From the human T2T-CHM13v2.0 reference genome, Homo sapiens, in NCBI RefSeq assembly GCF_009914755.1, contig NC_060932.1: DNA of 64,000 bases; one strand, given 5' to 3'. Shown here in pieces: positions 59,825-64,000 of this stretch (position 1 is its first letter; each line of letters opens with the position of its first letter). Below the pieces are notes generated by a model, which was not told the DNA's origin, ran no database searches, and saw nothing but the letters and a program-made list of their open reading frames with translations. Both the position numbers and the translations under genes were made by a program.

Positions 59825-60402
59825 GCTACTGTAACAAACAGACGTAAAAATACCAGAGTGCTCCAACAATCCAGTTTATTTCTGTCTCATAAATATTCCA
59901 AAGAAAGTAGAAAGTGCAGGGCAAGGAGGTGGTTCTGATTCACAAAGCCTTCGGGAGATCCAGGTTCTTTTTCTATGTGGGTGTGTCCTGAGACGTGTTC
60001 CTTGTTCATAAGGTCTGGTCTTATCTTATCTCAACAGTTAGATATTTTATGTCCCAACTCAAAGGAAGGATACCAAAGAATGAAGAAACAGCATTTTCCT
60101 TATAAGAAACAGAGCATTATTTTCATTCACATTGCTGAGAATGTAGTCACTGCAAAGGAGGCTGTGGACTGTGGTCTCTAGCCCAATAGTTATGTGTCTG
60201 GTTAAAGCCTGGGGCAGGTGTTTCAATAAAAGGAAGAAGGGGAGAATGGAATCTGGTGGATGCCTAGAAATTTCTCCATACTTGAGTCCTGGTTTGCTTA
60301 CTTTCTCTGTGACTTCCAGTTATTCGCCTTTGTATCTCAGTTTTCTCATTTATAAAGTGAAGAATAAGATTGGTGATTTTCGATTTTTTTTTTGTACCTT
60401 AA

Positions 60403-60729
<327 letters not shown>

Positions 60730-60803
60730 TGACCTCAGGCGATCCACCCGGCTCCCAAAGTGCTGGGATTACAGGCGTGAGCCACCGTGCCCGGCCAGCT
60801 TAA

Positions 60804-61296
<493 letters not shown>

Positions 61297-61474
61297 ATTT
61301 TTTTTTTTTTTTTTTTAAGTAGAGATGGTGTTTCACCATGTTGACTAGGCTGGTCTTGAGCTTCTGACCTCAAGTGATCTGCCTGCCTCGGCCTCCCAAA
61401 GAGCTGGGATTACAGGTGTGAACTACTACGCATGACCTGTAGCTTAGTCTTTTAATGCAGTCATTTTTAAAAAA

Positions 61475-61773
61475 AGAGATGTGGTCTCAACATGTTGTCC
61501 AGGCGGGAATGCAGTGGCTATTCACAGGCATGATCCCACTACTGATCAGTACAGGAGTTTTGACATGCTCCGTTTCTGACCTGGGTGAGTTCATCCCTCT
61601 TTAGGCAACCTTGATAGCCCTCAGCTCCTGGGAGGTCACCATATTGATGCCAAATTCAGTGTAGACATTTAATTGGCATAGCGCACTGCAGCCTAGAATT
61701 CTTGGGCTCAAGCAATCCTCCCACCTCAGCCTCCTGAGTAGCTGGGACACAAGTATGGGCCACTGCACCCGGC
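61475..61773 (-). pseudogene. Full-length 7SL (SRP RNA, RN7SL) processed pseudogene
   Basis: Alu-domain ends plus the central S domain that Alus lack (minus strand GGCATCAATATGGTGACCTCCCAGGAGC...CCCAGGTCAGAAACGGAGCATGTCAAAACTCC...CTGATCAGTAGTGGGATC). About 299 nt long. Confidence 0.92.
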
Positions 61774-61980
61774 TCATGTGCAGTAATATAGTTAATTTAA
61801 TTAACTTATTTAAATATTTAATTGAGGTGAAATGTACAAACTGTATGTATAAAAAATAAAAATATCCAGGCATGGTGGCTCATGCCTGTAATCCCAGCAC
61901 TTTGGGAGGTTGAGGCAGAAGGATGGCTTGAGCTAGGAGTTTGAGACCAGATTGGGCAACTTGGTGAGATCCCATCTCTA

Positions 61981-62148
<168 letters not shown>

Positions 62149-64000
62149 CTAAAATAATTTTAAAAATACAGTAAAAAATAAAAATAGACCTGCTTTGTTT
62201 GAATCACAGTAGGATTTCTCTCTCTGTCCCCATTCCACATCAGTGGCCCCTTTGAAAGTTATTTAAAATACTAGGGCTCTGTCAAGCACTGTCCAAAAAT
62301 CACCAAACTAGAAGTTCTCCTGGATTCCTTCCAGTTCTGGTATTTTTGAGGTTGTGATCATTCACCTGTGTGCCCTGAACTGGGTTGGATCACAGGCTTG
62401 TCTTGCTTGGCTGCTGTGAGCTTTTTGTACTTGGCCTGCATTGGCCGAGGAAAATGCTCTGGCTATCCAGACTCACGTCACTTCCTTTCACCCCTCATGA
62501 GGAAGGGGCATACCTCTCCTTTCTCCTAATGCAAGCGACGGTCCCCTTCCTTCCGGGACCAGGGGCCAAAGTGCGGTGGGGCTGGGATGGAGTGTTGTGG
62601 GTTGCTAGTATGCATCCCCCCACCGACCTCTGCGCTGCACCTCTCTCCTGGTGTTGGACTTGCAGATTGTTGGAGCGGACTCTGCCTCTCTCCCCAGGTT
62701 AATGTTTTTACTCACCCTCTGGCCTTGTCCTCTTGTAGGCTGCCATTGGTTTGGACTGGAATCAAGAGCTCAGGCTCCGTCAAGGTTATAGACTGAGGAT
62801 ATGAATTTACCCAGCCCAAACTCAGTTTGTGAGTAAACTCCGGAGGCCAGAGAGGAGGGGCCTGAATTCATCTCGGTATCTCTCCAGAACACAAACTGCT
62901 TCAGGGAAAGTTACCCAGGAGGAGGGGGCATTCGGCCTTTTCCTGGGCAGACCTTCAGAAAGAAGCCTGCCTGGGAACTGATAAACACATCTCCCTCTCT
63001 GGTTCCCAAGGACAGGGCTTGGCCTCTATCCACTTGTTTCCAAAGTTCCTTCCTGAGTGGCCTGCCTGTGTTAGCTACCTTCTCCCAGCCTGGCTCCAGT
63101 TGCTGGGTGGGAATCCAGCTGGGGGCTTAAGTGTCTGCTGTATCAGGGAAAACAAAATCTTAGGCCATTCTGAAGTCCAGAAACCACTGCCCAAAAACTA
63201 AGAGCATTCCTAGAATGGCTGGGAGAGGAGTGGGGATTGGGAGAAGATGAGAGAAGGTGAACTAGCCTGAGTTCCCTTTTTTCTTTTTGAGGTGGAGTCT
63301 CACTCCATTGTCCAGGTTGGAGTGAAGTGGCGTGATTTCGGCTCACTGCAACCTCTGCCTCCTGGGTTCAGTTGATTCTCATGACTCAGCCTCCCAAGTA
63401 GCTGGGACTACAGGTGTGTGCCACCATGCCTGGATAATTTTTGTATTTTTAGTAGAGACGGGGTTTTGCCATGTTGGACAGGCTGGGCTTGAACTCCTGA
63501 CCTCAGGTGATCTGCCCACCTTGGCCTCCCAAAGAGCTGGGATTACAGGGTGAGCCACTTCACCTGGCCTAGCCTGAGTTCTTAAGATGAAGAACTCAGA
63601 TGAACTCTTAAGATGAATAACTTTTTTTTTTGAGACAGGATCTTGCTTTGTCACCCAGCTTGGAGTGCAGAGGCTTGATCACAGCTCACTGCAACCTCCA
63701 ACTCCTAGGCTTATGCCATCCTCCTGCCTCAGATTCCCAAGTAGCTGGGACTACAGGCATGTGCCACCGCGCCCGCTAATTTTTCTGTTTTTTGTAGAGA
63801 CAAGAGTCTCTCTTTGTTTCCCAGGCTGGTATTGAACTCCTGGCCTCAAGTGATCCTCTTGCCTTGGCCTCACAAAGTGCTGGGAGTACAGGTATGAGCC
63901 ACAACACCTGGCCTCCCTTTCAGCTTTTTAAGAGAAACCAGAACCCCACATTTCATATTAAGTTTTCTAGTTATTGAAGCAGTGTACAGAAAACAAAACA

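Overview
Primate, almost certainly human, genomic DNA that is extremely Alu-dense. Nearly all ORFs in the supplied track are Alu, LTR or low-complexity artefacts. The one real protein-coding gene is RNF122, a transmembrane RING-H2 E3 ligase on the minus strand. I reconstructed its six coding exons by hand (47992 to 30016, 468 nt, 155 aa, all GT-AG introns), with a CpG-island promoter near 47.4-48.7 kb and a polyA signal at 29041. The left part holds two plus-strand retrocopies. One is a TMSB4X (thymosin beta-4) processed pseudogene (~4411-5328). The other is a TSD-flanked retrocopy (21305-22168) of an RPL10 processing intermediate: 5'-truncated SNORA70, the rest of its host intron, and the spliced last two RPL10 exons. 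A GT donor in the thymosin copy and an AG acceptor in the snoRNA copy join in frame into a possible 152-aa chimeric ORF. This is the most striking but least certain observation. Also present are a full-length 7SL pseudogene, solo LTRs (LTR12C, MER50-like, THE1, MLT1/MLT2), L1/L2/MIR/hAT remnants and several deeply nested insertion stacks. Repeat subfamily names come from recalled consensus sequences and their boundaries are approximate.
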